Shown here: piece by piece, positions 27,391 through 40,777 of the stretch
How positions within the stretch are numbered: the stretch's first letter is position 1
Layout of the letters: each line of letters starts with the position of its first letter
Source of the DNA: Harriotta raleighana
Taxonomy: Eukaryota
Direction: 5' to 3'
Length of the DNA: 64,000 bases
NCBI GenBank assembly: GCA_050575255.1
Contig: JBNZDD010013577.1
Location: 1,527,696-1,591,695, forward strand
Made by a program: the position numbers and the translations under genes
Notes under the pieces: generated by a model
Databases searched by the model: none
What the model was told of the DNA's origin: nothing
The model's input: the letters and a program-made list of their open reading frames with translations, nothing else

Positions 27391-27409
27391 CTGGATACGG
27401 AGGGATGTG

Positions 27410-27600
27410 AGAACAAGAGAGAGAGAGAACTAAGAGAAGGAGAGAAATAGAGATAGACCAGAGAAATAAAGAGACAAAGATAGAAAAAGATAGAGAAAGA
27501 AAAGGATGGAAATCAGGATTAAGAGAAAGAGAGGAGATAGAAAGAAAGAGATAGAAACAGATGGTGTTTCAGAACTGGAGAGATACACAGACAATTCTGC
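27410..27600 (+). repeat. Degenerate (GA)n purine tract
   Basis: gagagagagaactaagagaaggagagaaatagag... Confidence 0.8.
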
Positions 27601-27729
27601 TAGAGCCACACCCGAAACATTAACCTATCTTTCTCTTCCAGTTACAGATCGATTGGCTATAGATTTCCAGCAATTTATAGTTTTATTTTACACAGTATGA
27701 AAGTTTCTGTACATTCTGATTTATTGATG

Positions 27730-28012
27730 AAGTAGAAACCTCTTATAACTGACTTCATTATAATGCAAATTCATTTAGAGCACAAGGTAGGGATCCTGAC
27801 ATGTATTTACCAATCCAAAATACACACAGAAAGTTTGGCTTCAAAATACCAGGATTTTTCTGGTATTTGTCAGCTCACTGGCTTTGTAAGCAAAGTAGAT
27901 ATCTATGTGTAGGTCCAGTAAATGCGGAAGAGCTGATCAGCAATCATGCCTTGTTATAATACCAATTGGGATTGAACAGATCCCAATACTGTATTATAAT
28001 GGGGCTCCACTT
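27730..28012. mobile_element. Degenerate Tigger-like MITE
   Basis: Left agtagaaacctcttataac and right attataatggggctccact form imperfect inverted ends. Confidence 0.55.
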
Positions 28013-28129
28013 TAATATTCTTAGGTAGAGACAAAAACACCCAGCTTCACACTCCAATATAGAGTATTATATGTACACACATACACTCACATACCGATTT
28101 CCGCATCTACTCTGTCTCCTTGACTGAGG

Positions 28130-28450
28130 CAGACAGTATCCCTGCAGCCGAGCCCTCATCCCAGTGTAATGGGGAGTGTGCTGGCTGCCTGTCTCGAGCT
28201 ATCGATTACCTGCTACTCTCTTGAAAGATGCTACACTTTCCGCAGTCGCTTAGTTCACAACGGGTAAAAATTGTCCGAACTAATTAATGTCATGAAATGT
28301 CAGTTTGACGTGCTGTCACAGCCTGCCTTTCAGACTCAGCTGCTCTCCCCCATTAAATAATATGAGCATCAGATAACTTTATTCATACACCAACCCACTC
28401 CCAACACACAAACACACTTTTGCAATTAGCAAAGAGCATTTTCTAGTGAA
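28130..28450. promoter_or_regulatory. CNE/enhancer-like block
   Basis: Retained CpGs, taattaat, TGTCA (Meis/Pbx-like) x3 and cagctg, in repeat-free sequence. Confidence 0.45.
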
Positions 28451-29404
28451 CAACAGATTTAGAAAGCACTTCCAACCTATTTTTCTTCCTCCACTTTAAA
28501 GAGACTTTGTTTCCTTTGTTTCAGATTAATGTGTACTCCAACACTACTCTAAGTCACCAGAACCATATATGTCCCTTTATCACAATCCAGCCTTTTAAAG
28601 TGATGGCTTCACAGAGTTGGTTGTTATGTCGAAATTAGATTTTTTCAAAGACAACAATGTTGTCAATCTTTACATGGCATTATTGTTCTAAATGCTATCT
28701 TGCAAGATGGGATTTTTGAATGTAGCAGAAAAATAAGTTAATCAGACACAATTTTTATTCTTTTTAACATTATGGAGTGGTGGAATATGATATGACATAT
28801 CATGTTCTATATCACATTTACCCCCGACTATTAAATTGTTCAGCGCTATGGAACACCTCCCTAACGTGGGCACGAACGATCCTATCCAAAGTTAGTTTGT
28901 TGTTATTCATATAATAAAATTAAAATGGCCTTCATAAAACATTCTTCTAGCTCAGGTTTGGGGCCTTGTGGCTTGTGTCCCACACCCTCCACTCCACACT
29001 TCAGAAGTTGGGCCTTTAGGCCCCACCATGTGAAACTCTCTTACGAAATCATAAGGCTTGCTACCTCTTTCCTTGCTTTTCAACCCACCCACCAAAGGAC
29101 ATATATGTCTTCTACTGTGCCTAAGGCTACCTCTGAAGTCCTTCCTTGGGTCCCATTATTCTCCTTATTAAGTACTTTTGGATGTTCCATTGGGTAATTG
29201 GGGCTGTAGGAATGTAAGGTGTTATTTTATTCCATTCGCTAAGGGCAGTACTGTACTGTATTTGAACTATGTATTTGAACTTTGTATTATGAGGTACATA
29301 TAGATTTCAATTCTGCAAAACTGTGGGCGGAATAGGTCTTCCCCTCTCCCATCACATCGGGATTTTGTTAGGCATTGTCACCTGAATTACATTCCCTTCC
29401 TGAC

Positions 29405-29560
29405 CTGGGTCCTTTCTGAAACATCTGGGGTGGTCAACTGGCAACTCTTTGGTATTTGTAAGGTTGCAGTGACTTTGTTAGATATGAGAGTTATTTTGAA
29501 CCAGACTGGAGCTGAACGTTTGAAGTCAGCCTGGAGGAGGTCAGTGTGAACCGCAAACAG
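29405..29560 (-). pseudogene. Pseudo-exon (156 nt, open, phase 0/0)
   Basis: ttgttcctcacag acceptor and CAG|GTCAGG donor. Reads LFAVHTDLLQADFKRSAPVWFKITL..., in phase with both neighbours. Confidence 0.6.
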
Positions 29561-29799
29561 CTGTGAGGAACAACTGGACATATTGCTTCAGTTCAATTTC
29601 TGCCCTATTCTCACAAGGGAAACCATTGTACTGATGTGCAAATCGAATAACATTTTCCCCCTCACTGTCTTCCAATGGGCAGCATCTGCAGTTCTCAGCC
29701 TAAATGGTTTACACCATAGTTGTTTCAATTCTGCCTCTGGTGGGGAATCCAAAACAATGGGGTGTAGTCTTAAAATAAGAGTGAAATCAGTAGGCATTT

Positions 29800-29995
29800 T
29801 TTCATTCAAAAGGTGGTAGAAATCTGTAATTCTCTCCACCAAAAGGTTGTGGATGCTGGATCCATCCACACCTTCAAGGGTGAGATTGATAGATATTTTG
29901 GTAGGTTAGGGTATTAAGGGATATGGGGAGAAAGAGGGAAATTGGAATTGAAAGGATTAGCTGAGATACAGATCAGCTGTGATCTAAATTCCTGT
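29800..29995 (+). mobile_element. Degenerate CR1 3' fragment
   Basis: aggttgtggatgctgga...ttcaagggtgagattgatagatattt...aagggatatgggg is a typical CR1 ORF2 end. Confidence 0.75.
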
Positions 29996-31359
29996 TCTTG
30001 AGTATCTATATTATTGTCAATGTCCATTTCACTTCCAGATCAGTTGCTCACTCAAGTAGTTACTTTTCATTTACAAATTCAGACAGTGAGACAACACATT
30101 TGGTAAGGGGGATGGGGGGGGGTGGGGCGGGGTGTGGGTTTGAAGCATGGCAGCTAAACCCAATAAGTCCTCATCCAACATTATTATGTGCGTTATGCCA
30201 GGGTCATTGGACAATGATCAGAATCAAGAATCCTGGCTGTGATCTGTTTTGTCTTTCATTTTTTGTGGGCACATGGATGAATCGAAAATGCCCCACAAAA
30301 TACCAGAGAACAAGATCGAGTCCAATTCTGATATGTCCTCCCATCTTTCCTCTCTCCCTATCATCATATTAACCCAATGACACTCACTGTCTAGAATCAC
30401 TCATGGAGAGTGATAGTTTTGTCAAAGGTTGCCAGCATTCAAGAAAAGGTCAGTACCTCCAGGAGAGGAGAACTTTGGCAAAAAAATATCTGCACATCCC
30501 AAAAGGAAAATGGTAAGACAGATGAAAGAGAAGAAATGGAAATTAGCAAAATTGGATTGTGTACCTGGATAGAAACAAAGAGAGAGACTGACATAAAATA
30601 AAGACTGCAATAAACAAAAAAGAACAAACAATGGGAAAGAATGAGTCAAGCACCAATAAATGAAGAGAGATGGGTAGTTAAGGATAAGACGATTGTTTTA
30701 GTAGGGGAAGGATCATTTCATATTAGTTATTCTAAAGGACTATACGATAAAGAACGGCAGGTGAAACTGACATATCAAGAGCAATATTCACTCTTCTCAA
30801 GGCAAATGATTCAATATGAGTCAGCTGAAATGGTCTTAAACTATAGTAAAATTTAAATAGGGACAAACTACAAAATTGGAAAAGATAAGTCAATGAAAGG
30901 CAGCAAGGTGGATGCAAATAAAAGAGGTTTCAATCTGTTGTGCTGTTTCTTACTCTGTGATAGTTAGGATTAACATGCATGAACTGTTCCACCCTCTGTC
31001 AAGGCCAATGTGTCACCCATTAGGAAAAGAACAGAAGCTGTGGATTCTGAGAAGACATATTTCCTTCTACTGGGATATGGTTCCGTGGATGCCAGTCACC
31101 CTTCAGTGCAGATTATTCATTTACAATCATATTATAGGCACCTCCAGCTAGGTTAGTAATCAGTAATCAGGAAAGGCCTCGATGGGTGATATTTCTCTTT
31201 CTAACCCAGGAAACTGAGGCCAATTATAGGGTCCTTAATGCCTCTCCAGCTGAGATCAACTAACTCCACATAGTACCTGGATCCTACCTGGTCTGCAAGA
31301 TTCTGCCACAACTGGATAGGCTGACTGAGCCATCAAATGAGTTCAGCGAACACATTTAC

Positions 31360-31489
31360 ATGGCACAAAGTGAGACTTGCTCTTTGCCAGTCATTAAACC
31401 TGAGTGATATATTCTTTTCAATGCTTGATTGAGTGTGGCAAGTTAAATTTAGTTCCAGGGTTCTTCCAAGTGAAGCAAATAAAATGATC
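31360..31489 (-). pseudogene. Pseudo-exon (130 nt, open frame), RGS helix 5-6-like
   Basis: Strong acceptor tttcaccttcttgttctcag and donor CAT|GTAAAT. LELNLTCHTQSSIEKNIS resembles the RGS consensus (K)EINIDxxTRxxIxxNI. Confidence 0.65.
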
Positions 31490-31619
31490 CTGAGAACAAG
31501 AAGGTGAAAGGCCAGGCCAACAAATAAGACGAACTTCATAGCGTCTGTTACGTCAAAACGCATTTTACAGTAATTATTGTTCAAGGTAGTGACTTTTTTG
31601 TAGTTGCAAAGAAACCCTT

Positions 31620-31930
31620 TACAACTGTTCTCTTTGTGTGCCAGTCATTTGAGTAACCTCCCAAACCACATTAAACGCCCTTCAGAGAAAACATTCCTTG
31701 AAATGTCACGGTCCAAAAAGCACCACCATACGCTGCTCCTTATTTTCCATGAAGTGTTGGTTTCATAGGAATTAATTAGCATTACCTGAGTTAATTATAC
31801 CAGCAGACCAATCAACTGGTCCTTTGCTAATTAGGTTTCCTTCATTAATGCCGGAAATTGCCATAGCGACAACAGTCACCTGGGGGAACATATGAGGTAG
31901 CAGATACTTGTGCCAATTTAATAAAAACAT
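31620..31930. promoter_or_regulatory. CNE/enhancer-like block
   Basis: attaattag, ttaatta, ctaattag, cattaatg, ETS ccggaaa (31851) and RFX-like ttgccatagcgac (31858-31870). Confidence 0.5.
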
Positions 31931-32809
31931 TTTTTTTTAGATTATTAAAAAAAGGTAGAATGTTTACTTCTTTTCAGGATTAAAAATACACAGAAATATC
32001 TCCTCAGCTTTCAATACCCTGGGGTTTATGGGCACCATTACCAATTTAAATGAGGAAACTTGGTGTCATTTTATTTGTTAAAGCATTTACAAGTGCAGCA
32101 GAATACTTTAAGCACACAAAGACTCAAGCCTTCTGCTGTTGTCTATCTCTGATAGCAATCATCAGTAAAGCAAATCTTTCTTTCCCACAATTTCAAGTCC
32201 TACACATACCCATATTAATAATCTCCGCATCCCAACACAATCAGGAGTAAGAATATCCAGTCTAAGGGTACTGAAATCAATTGAAGTGCCTCACCATTGC
32301 CTATCTTAGATCCTATGCATCCTGGGTCTGCATAGATTGGTACACAATAACAGGCTGTGTATTTGTATGTTCACCATCTGAGCCACCGGGAGCTATTTTA
32401 TTCGTATTCTTTTTTCCTGAAAAACTTCTTTCCTCAATGGGGTTTAAAACATTAATTGGGGGGGTGAAAATCAACCTCTGCCATTCATTTAATTATAATT
32501 GAAATATGAACTATTTTAATTTTTATCAGTTTTCCTGTCCCTTCTAACTAAATCCTGGATGAATTACTTAATCAATTACAAAATGATGCTCAGGGCTACT
32601 CCTCTTGGTCTCAGTTGAATGGGTTCTGCCGGGAAGTCAATATGTGTAAAGACTGGATTGGATGATGGTCTCTCCTACTTTGCTCACAATCTAGGCTCAC
32701 ACCCATTTACATGAGGTACCACACTCCAGTCCACAAGTCAATGCCTTTCTGGTGAAGAGATAATTAAACTGCATACATTACATCCTCCCCATGCCTAAAA
32801 TCAAATTAC

Positions 32810-33261
32810 TTGGGGTGAAATGTGTTCAGAAAAATTGGAAAAAATGTTGGATAGCAAAAGCGCTTTTTTCTTGGCAGGGGGCTTTGATACTTTGTCTTGA
32901 GATCAAAACGCAGTACAGTATTAGATACAGCTAGCCCAAGGAGTCAAGCAACATGTAACACCCAATGTCCATGTATGTAACTTGAGTTCAGCTTGCAATT
33001 GAAAGCATTTCCTGCGTTAATAGATCTTATTGCAGAACGCAGCTACCAAGCAGAGATTATCAGAAAGTATTGGACACAATGATTGTTTTCTTTACTGTGA
33101 ATGTCAAGTGTAAGACAGCTTTAGCTCGATTTGATAGCTTCTGCGGCTATAGTTGCAACGTGCTCATGTATGCCGCCCTCCCAATTTTTATGGCTGCAGT
33201 TAGTTAAAAATCATCAATTATATATTCCTTTTTATCATGTATTTCTGACATATGCTGCATC
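32810..33261 (-). pseudogene. Pseudo-exon, RGS-domain-like, frameshifted
   Basis: Acceptor ctgtcttcttgagattgatag and donor CAA|GTAATT. Fragments ILSDNLCLVAAFC and YMDIGCYMLLDSL. Confidence 0.45.
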
Positions 33262-34999
33262 CTATCAATCTCAAGAAGACAGGTAGATAAAAATGTTCAG
33301 TTGTTGTTTAGTTAAAAGCAAATGCATTGTGCTGAGTTAGCTGATTTTTGCAGAGGTGGCAGTGGGGGTTGGGGGAAGGGGGATCAGCTAAATCTCTGTT
33401 AGTGCCCTTGGGCCATAGAGGGATAACTCAGTCTCTTGCTATGCACTTATCAGTGGCTGTACATAGATGTTGAGTTAGGAGAGAGCCAAGGTTAGCTTTA
33501 ATGTCCCTCTGTCCACCATACTCAAGGAAGCTGCTCAAATTCACTGTATAACACAATACAGTATTTAATCCTTTTGCATTTGATGTCGCACTTTATATAA
33601 AAACATCTCCTGGCTGCAATCATCCAGGTAAAATTGGTCCTTCACCCCATGGCTTTTAGGGGATATTGTTGGTTGCAAATTGGCTGCCAAATTCATAGAC
33701 ATTCGCTATGGTTCCTTGTTTAAAAAGATTCCATGAAATGTTTTTTTTAAACTAGGAATTGATTCTTTTTTGGATATCTCGATGAAACGATAAGACGCTA
33801 TATCAAATGAAAGGATTATTCCTATTATCCCAAAGTGCTTCGCGCAATAAATTGATTTCAAGTGTAGTAATTACATGCAAACATTGCTGATGCAGCTAAT
33901 CTGCACCAGCAACAAGCCATAAACAGCAATGAGATGTACAACCGATTTACCGATATGTTACTTTGGTGAATCTGAAATGAGGGAAGAGTAACTACTAAGA
34001 CCAAAAGAACTCCCCTGTTTTCCTTTGAAATAGCACTGCAGGATTTAATATATATCTGAGCTATCTGAAACAGTAAGTGCAACAATGTCTTAAAAGTTTT
34101 ATCCTTAGAACGAGATGGCTGATACATACTGCAAGATCACACATTAAGAACTTGTGCTCTCTTACTGGAGACTGTCCTGCTCTGATTGAAACAGATCCCA
34201 GCATGAATGCATGTGTTTATGAGAGGAGAGGGTAAGGAAAGTGATGAGAACAATAGATGGCATATGTAAATGTTGCACTGCCAGGTCCCATACAAAGATA
34301 CAACATACAGACTATAACCTATAGCATTTGACAGAGGGCTCTATCACAAGCTAAAACAAACAATATTTATGATCCTTCCTATTGTAAAAGACACGGTGGA
34401 AAGAGTGCTATTTTCAGCGAACACCCAATGTTAGACCACAGAAAGACTCCATCTGCAATCGTTCACAAACAGGCTGATAGACTACATCGAAAAACATATA
34501 ACTAGATTCAAATTGTTCATCCAATTAAAAGCTGCACATGAAAATTGATCTTCATATCCCTTACCCTGTTTCAATTTGAGAACATCAATCTTAAAATATC
34601 ATTTTGGAAGATATGAGTTAATGGACCAAATGATTTTGTGTTGGTTAAAAAAAACATCAAATTGACATTGCATGCCACTTCTCAAGACTCCTGTCAGAGT
34701 GCCTTAATAACCACACATGCACTTTCTTAAATAATACATTCAGCATTCAAAACACCCCAAAAACGAGTTTCAACAAACGTTTTCATTCTAAAAATCAAAA
34801 CATTTTTTAATTTTTGTGCCAAATATTTTTAGCAACCATTCATCCCTTCCTTTGTCTATTTCTTCTGAATGGATATTTTTCTTTACAAGTGTTACCGACA
34901 TAATTGGGGAGCTCATCGGCAGGAGTTCCTGAGACTAATAGTGAAGGGAGCTGGATTAACATCAGTACAGCAGTTACAGTCAGCAGCGCTCACTGGTCG

Positions 35000-35400
35000 G
35001 GTGAAGTTACTGAGAATAACAGAGTAACCGAGCATCTGGATAAATATAAATTATTCTGAGAGAGTCAATATGGTTTTGTGCAATGCAAATTATACCTGAC
35101 TAACCCAATGGAGTACAGTACTTTAACTGAACCATTTAGATGATCTGTACAGGAGTATTGATGGATCAAGTTTACATGGCTTTTCTGAAGAGGTTTGATA
35201 AGGTGTTAAATAAGAGATTATTCATTACAATTAAAGCAGGTACAATCGGAAATGCAGGGAACTGACTGCGTGGAATTAATAAGTGGGAGGCAATTGAATT
35301 AATATAGGTGTCGGGGTTCGGTAACCTCTTTCATCCAGTATCCTATGTTAATGCCTGGATTAAAGTTGTATAAGGTTTGATGCACTGAATGGCTCCTCTT
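35000..35400 (+). mobile_element. Old CR1 reverse-transcriptase fragment
   Basis: gagagtcaatatggttttgtg...cctgactaac...tttgataaggtg corresponds to decayed QHGF...LTNL...AFDKV motifs. Confidence 0.65.
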
Positions 35401-35598
35401 AGCTAACTGCTCAGAGGATTTTGCGACTGTTTGTTATTTTTTGTAAGATATTCAAATGAAAATCAACAAGTTGGCAGAATGTTTACGTAGGACTTTAACC
35501 ACTCTTTGAGTTCTAGCAGATTCATATCACTATTGTACACACTAGTGATGTTTTGTATACAAGTACAGTCTGGGAATCAAAGCTGGGACCTTGCTGAC

Positions 35599-35717
35599 CT
35601 GCGTGGCTGTTCCTCTCCAAGAGCTTTTATCAGCCAGATCATTAGGGATTCTATCGTATTTTTTATGCAAACAACCAAATCCGCTTTCTCTTTTGGCATA
35701 TTCTGCAGACTCCCTTT
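35599..35717 (-). pseudogene. Pseudo-exon (119 nt, open frame)
   Basis: Acceptor ctggcatcttttag and donor CAG|GTCAGC. Reads KGSLQNMPKEKADLVVCIKNTIESLMIWLIKALGEEQPR (cf. RGS22 C-terminal YIEALEQER). Phase 2 matches 33261. Confidence 0.6.
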
Positions 35718-37849
35718 CTAAAAGATGCCAGAATAAATGGGGGAATATTAATCCCATTACACTGCCTGCTTGGGTGCACAAGTGCTACCAAGAAGATTTG
35801 GTAGGTTAAGTGGCTTTTTTTGAATCCTTTTCACCTAGACTGACTTGACAGTTCCCTAACCTCAGCTTCCAATGCTCAGCTCTGTGCAGACAGCCTGATG
35901 GACCCTAGTCGCATGGAGGAGGAGGGGGGTGAAAGGAACATTCTGATGCTTCCCACTTATGACACGATTGATTTTCTGTCAGTGGGCTTCACTCTGGGCT
36001 TGCTGGTGGCTGCCTGACTGAACCCCCAGCTCACTCTGACCTCAACACATGGCTACTGTGCGGCTGAGCACTGCTGACGGCAGAGCACTCAGAAATCAAT
36101 AGGGCTTGTCACTCAACAGAGAAACAAACAGCTTTAAAAACCAATCATGGCCTAGGATACTGGACCCTATTTCTCAACTTGAGAAATCAACAATATTTGT
36201 TTTGTTTCATTCTCCGCTCTATTAAAATGTCTGTAACATATAGAAACATTGCCTTTGATGTATGCTGCATATCACGATGGTGTATTTTTTGCTTCTCGTC
36301 TTCATGTTACTCTTTATAAGTGAATCAGTCCTTTAGCTGATAGCCTATTGAGATGGATCAATTGTGAACCTACTTGAGAGGTGGTGTAAGAGAGATCAGT
36401 TTAAGATGAAGCTACATTGTAGGAGCACAGGCTCATCAATTAAACAAACATAAAACTTCTTCTCATCACTCTTATTCTGTGGTGGACAAGATATTTCTGA
36501 GTCTAACACTATATATGAAATCCATGGGGTACTCAAGCTTTGTACAGCTGAAGCCTGTTAATTGGGAATTCAGAGTGATAAAGGAACAGTGTCCTATAAA
36601 CCACACTCAGAGCCAACCTTGCTTATAGGTAAATCCTTTAGTTGTTTATTCACTGGCAGACATGCTGGTAAAGGCAGCCTCTGAAAGCATAGTCCCCAGT
36701 CTCTGCAGTAACCCCACACTGTAAAACTGCATCTCATTGTAGATATATTTTACCAAATTGAAACCTGGCTAAGTAAACTGAAAAGCTACACATAACCCCC
36801 ATAATCCCTCCCTCCAAAAAATACATGTCAATATAATTTGCAAACAATTGTAATAAACTAAAACCCTTGTATTTCTCTAGCTGGGCTTAGAAAGTATTTG
36901 TAGAATTTTTAGATCTAAACCAGTATAATTTCTGATGGGGCACTATTTCTCCCCACACCCCCTCCTCCAATTAACCTTTGGCACAGGGCCCCTGAAAGCC
37001 TCAGGCTGCCACTGATTCATATCATCCACATTAAGTAACATCCATCAATACTAATTTAAATACACCAGCAATCAATTGGTGCCTGAGAAACTGTCCCCAG
37101 TAAAATAAAACCCCTCCCAATCCAGTATTAAGCACATCCCAATAAGTGGTTTTAACGAGATTTAATTTACTCCACTTCTCACAGGAATTCTGGCAGTATA
37201 ATGGTTTGCAGCCAATACAGAACATTTGCAAGACAATTTTTCTTTAACAAAAGCATTTAATATTGAACCTTACAGTTTACTACTGATATTGCAACATCCG
37301 AATACGACTTTCAATGAAATAAACATAATTTGGAAGGGAGGAGTGAAGGGGATGAGGGAGAAATGTTCTTCTCCACATGGGGAACATTGTTCTTCTCTGT
37401 GCAGCTAGTAAAAAGGTGTGCAGAATAATGCACCAGACAGCAATACCCCTTAAACAAAGCTCCTGATCCTTTCACCCTTCAAGCTACAGGGTCATTACAA
37501 AGCCAAAGCACAAATAAAGTGGGGGTACATTTGATTACAGCATTTTTTCTCAAACATCACAAAGAGTTTAATGCAATAATTTTAGACACTTTGACTGTCT
37601 TTATAAAGCAAGCACAACAGATTATTTGCACCAACAATGTCCTACAAACAGGAATGTGATAAAAGACAAGTTAATCCTACTTTGGATTCATTTTGAACAA
37701 GGAAGGAATATCGGGTAAGACACCATAGAATCTTTAGTGTCCATCTGAGCAAGCATACTTGGGTCAAAATTGTAGTATGGGGTGTCATCACATAACCTGA
37801 TCCAGAGGCAAGAGTCCCATGGCTGAGCCAAAGTGTAGGACAGGCAGGA

Positions 37850-37959
37850 GCTATAGCAGAATATCTTTGTGATCTGAAATATTAAAGATTGCGGTAGAGA
37901 CTGAAAGAAATGCTCTGTGACAGGCAACCTCAAAATAGCTCGGGATTTCAGTGGCTTCA
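37850..37959 (-). pseudogene. Pseudo-exon, probably truncated by a SINE insertion
   Basis: Strong acceptor tcctgtctcccttgccctcaacag. Phase-1 frame (L)KPLKSRAILRLPVTEHFFQSLPQ runs into a SINE head. Confidence 0.4.
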
Positions 37960-38924
37960 CTGTTGAGGGCAAGGGAGACAGGATATGAACCTGAAACTAC
38001 ATAAAGCTCCTGGTGTATGCTGAAACATTTGCAATAGTCTGAAAAAATTGAGGTGACCATCAGGCTCTGGCCTTACGTCTATCTCTTTCAACACTTCAGC
38101 TTCTTAAAAGCCAAAATGTCACCCTATTGATCGCTAGAGAAGCTTGTCCTATTAAGTACATGGGACATTTTTCATTAACGTGAATGGTTTTACAGTCCAC
38201 ATCCCCATTTTCACCACTGCAAATGTTAACCTGTCTGCCACTGTTAATTTATTAAAGACAGAGCCGCCAAGGAACGTTATAATCCAATTTATTTAAAGAA
38301 GCTATAGAGTTCTTTTACTGAAATAATACTCAGGTATTCACTATCTCTGGGTATATATTTTTTTTAAATCAATAATATTTCCCTTCTTCTCCCAAAGCCG
38401 CTAACTCTTTGAATAGATTTCCTGGCTCAAGCCAGCCTACAGCATGTGGAGCTTGTGGTGGTGCAGGGCATTGAAAACGTCTAGTCTGGAGGTGACAATC
38501 TTTGTATAAATAACAGTTAGGTCTATTTGATGCAGATCACTAAAACTATCAGCCTTCAACATCAACAATAACAAAATTACATTTGTATAGCACCATTCAC
38601 GTCGGGAGGACTAAATAAAGATTGTGACCTCTAGACTGGACTGTTCCAAGGTCTGGTTCGCTGGCCTCCCCGGTTCCACCTTCCACATACAGAACACCAC
38701 AGCCAATGTATTCTCCTGCTCCAGGCTCCACAAACCTTCAGCTTTAAAAACCTCGTGCCCCACCTTAACTCTGTGATCTTCTGTGCCATTGTTGTTGTTG
38801 TAAAAGACATAATGAAAAGATTACTATTTAGATTATTATTTGATAAGAACCACCATGGGTGTATCTGGCTGCGTAGGGCAAGAGAAGGAATTGAGCAACC
38901 CTCATTTCAACATCATTATATTAA

Positions 38925-39117
38925 TAATCCGTCCAAAAAAAATCACAATAATAAAATTGGTCATTTTCAATCCACGACTATTTGTGGGACACTGCTGTGC
39001 GCAACTGACTGCCGCGTTTTTCCCACAATATACAGTCAATTCACTTTACAGTATATTCTGTGAAGTGCTTTGATAAGATGTGAAAAGCGCTACATCAAAT
39101 ACAAGGATTATTATTAT
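38925..39117 (+). mobile_element. 3' half of the same SINE (further tails at about 9005-9110, 15880-16290, 18855-19010, 20905-21240, 39685-39820, 40170-40285)
   Basis: tacagtcaattcactttacagtatattctgtgaag...aaggattattatt. Confidence 0.85.
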
Positions 39118-39586
39118 GTCCACACGTATAGCACTTTCCAGGATGGGACTCCGAGATCAATTTGTAGGAACATCAGCAGATTATTTCCCCAGCCAAACCA
39201 ACTGGTACTAAAACCATTTGTAACATCCCAACTGCTACTATAGTTGAGATCAACTAACTCAGCGCTACCTTGTGTCTTCCTGGTCTGGATGGCTCAGTTT
39301 CAGACAAGGCAGTGGCTTCACCATCTGAGTCATTGGGGAGTCAGATGGTATTGCACAACAGATGCAACGCCGAGCTGTTCCCATCCATCACTGTCCTGTA
39401 GCTTCCTGTACTGTGGCCATTGTGAAATGGCAGAAACACATGTGCTTCCATGCAAGCATGTTCATCTGCATTCGTTCCATTTTATCGTCACAACAATTTT
39501 TTAATTTCCAATTTTGGGGATTTGGCAGACTGATATGAAACCAATTACTGCACCAAACATAATCTATGAGAATATATAATATTTAC

Positions 39587-39659
39587 GGTAATCTTTGTAT
39601 TTGTTTGGTGACTTTCACGTCAGGCACCTCCAATAAGCTAACAGAGCTTCCCACAGTAT
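39587..39659 (-). pseudogene. Pseudo-exon (73 nt), end of an RGS domain
   Basis: cctag|ATA...TAC C|GTAAAT. Reads ILWEALLAYWRCLT*KSPNKYKDY (cf. IFGVLFKFWPQFC). Phase-1 end matches the next acceptor at 37959. Confidence 0.5.
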
Positions 39660-40288
39660 CTAGGCCAACAATTCCCCAGATAAGATATAGCTGTTTGTGA
39701 GACATTGCTGGAGGAATATAGTCACTACACTTCCTACATGTAAAATAAGCACTCTGAGATGTTTTGAAGACATGAGAATCTACTGCCTGTACATCAAATG
39801 GAGTGATTATTATTATTCTGTAATGGGTTCCCAAAATTTTTATATAATATTCCAACTGCGGACTAACCAAATTCTTAGACTTTACTAAGACCAAACACTA
39901 AGGTGTTTACCTCCTTGCTTTCATTTTCTATGCTTGAAAACCAAATGGTCCAGCCAATAGCTTCCTACAACCAAACCCATGATTTTCCACTCAGCAAAAT
40001 GCTTGTCATTGCATTCCCAGAGCCCATATTATAATGATTTATCGCAACTATCACAATTATCACAGTTGCGATTATTACAAAAGAGAAGTAAACAGATGGT
40101 GCAATTCTCAAGACTTAATTCAAAGAGATGTACTGGGAGCAGTGTTGAGAACTACCTTCTTCAATAGCAATGTTTTGCCCACAAATTTTCAGTCAATTCA
40201 CTTGACAGTATATTCCATGGAGCTCTTTGAGACGTCCAGAAGATGTGAAACGCTCTACATCAAATGCAAGGATTATTATTATTGTTAC

Positions 40289-40475
40289 GAAAGCGGTCAC
40301 AGAAAGTGTAAGGGCACTGGATGTGGCATTTGACCAACCAGTAATGACTGCCAGTGTTGCACTGAACGAAACGGCATCTTTGCTAATTTGGCCTGGTGAG
40401 ACTGTCAATCGGTGGGTAAAGCAATCACCAACAAACATAACGATCAGGATTCTGCGCACTTGTCAATGTGACAAT
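40289..40475 (-). pseudogene. Pseudo-exon, RGS-domain core
   Basis: IVMFVGDCFTHRLTVSPGQI and shifted-frame CPYTFCD, versus recalled IINCFINSSIPPALQI..GPYVFRE. The 3' edge abuts a SINE tail and the acceptor is weak. Confidence 0.5.
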
Positions 40476-40777
40476 CTAGTTATCAGCAGGAGTGTGTGTC
40501 ATTTAGAGCCAGCTTCATATATTTCATTACTCAAGGCACAATGAAGAATGGATCTTTCAGCAATGCTGCTGTATGTTGTGTGTGCTGCACTGAGGGTTAC
40601 AGTAATAAGCACTCACTTTCAACATCACAGTTTAAAGAAAACTCTCAGACTGCAAAATTGAGTTGATAGTTTATCTTGCTCTAATAAAGGCACAGCACAA
40701 TTATCATTGTATGTTGGCAAAAGAAAACCCTTTCTGGCTAATCTAACATTTCTATCTTAAGTTGCATGGTAGTAAAC

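Noticed and set aside
27811-27950. Minus-strand exon-like segment (IADQLFRIYW, GTAAAT donor)
   Set aside because: It lies inside the Tigger-like MITE, and the flanking exons already join in phase without it.
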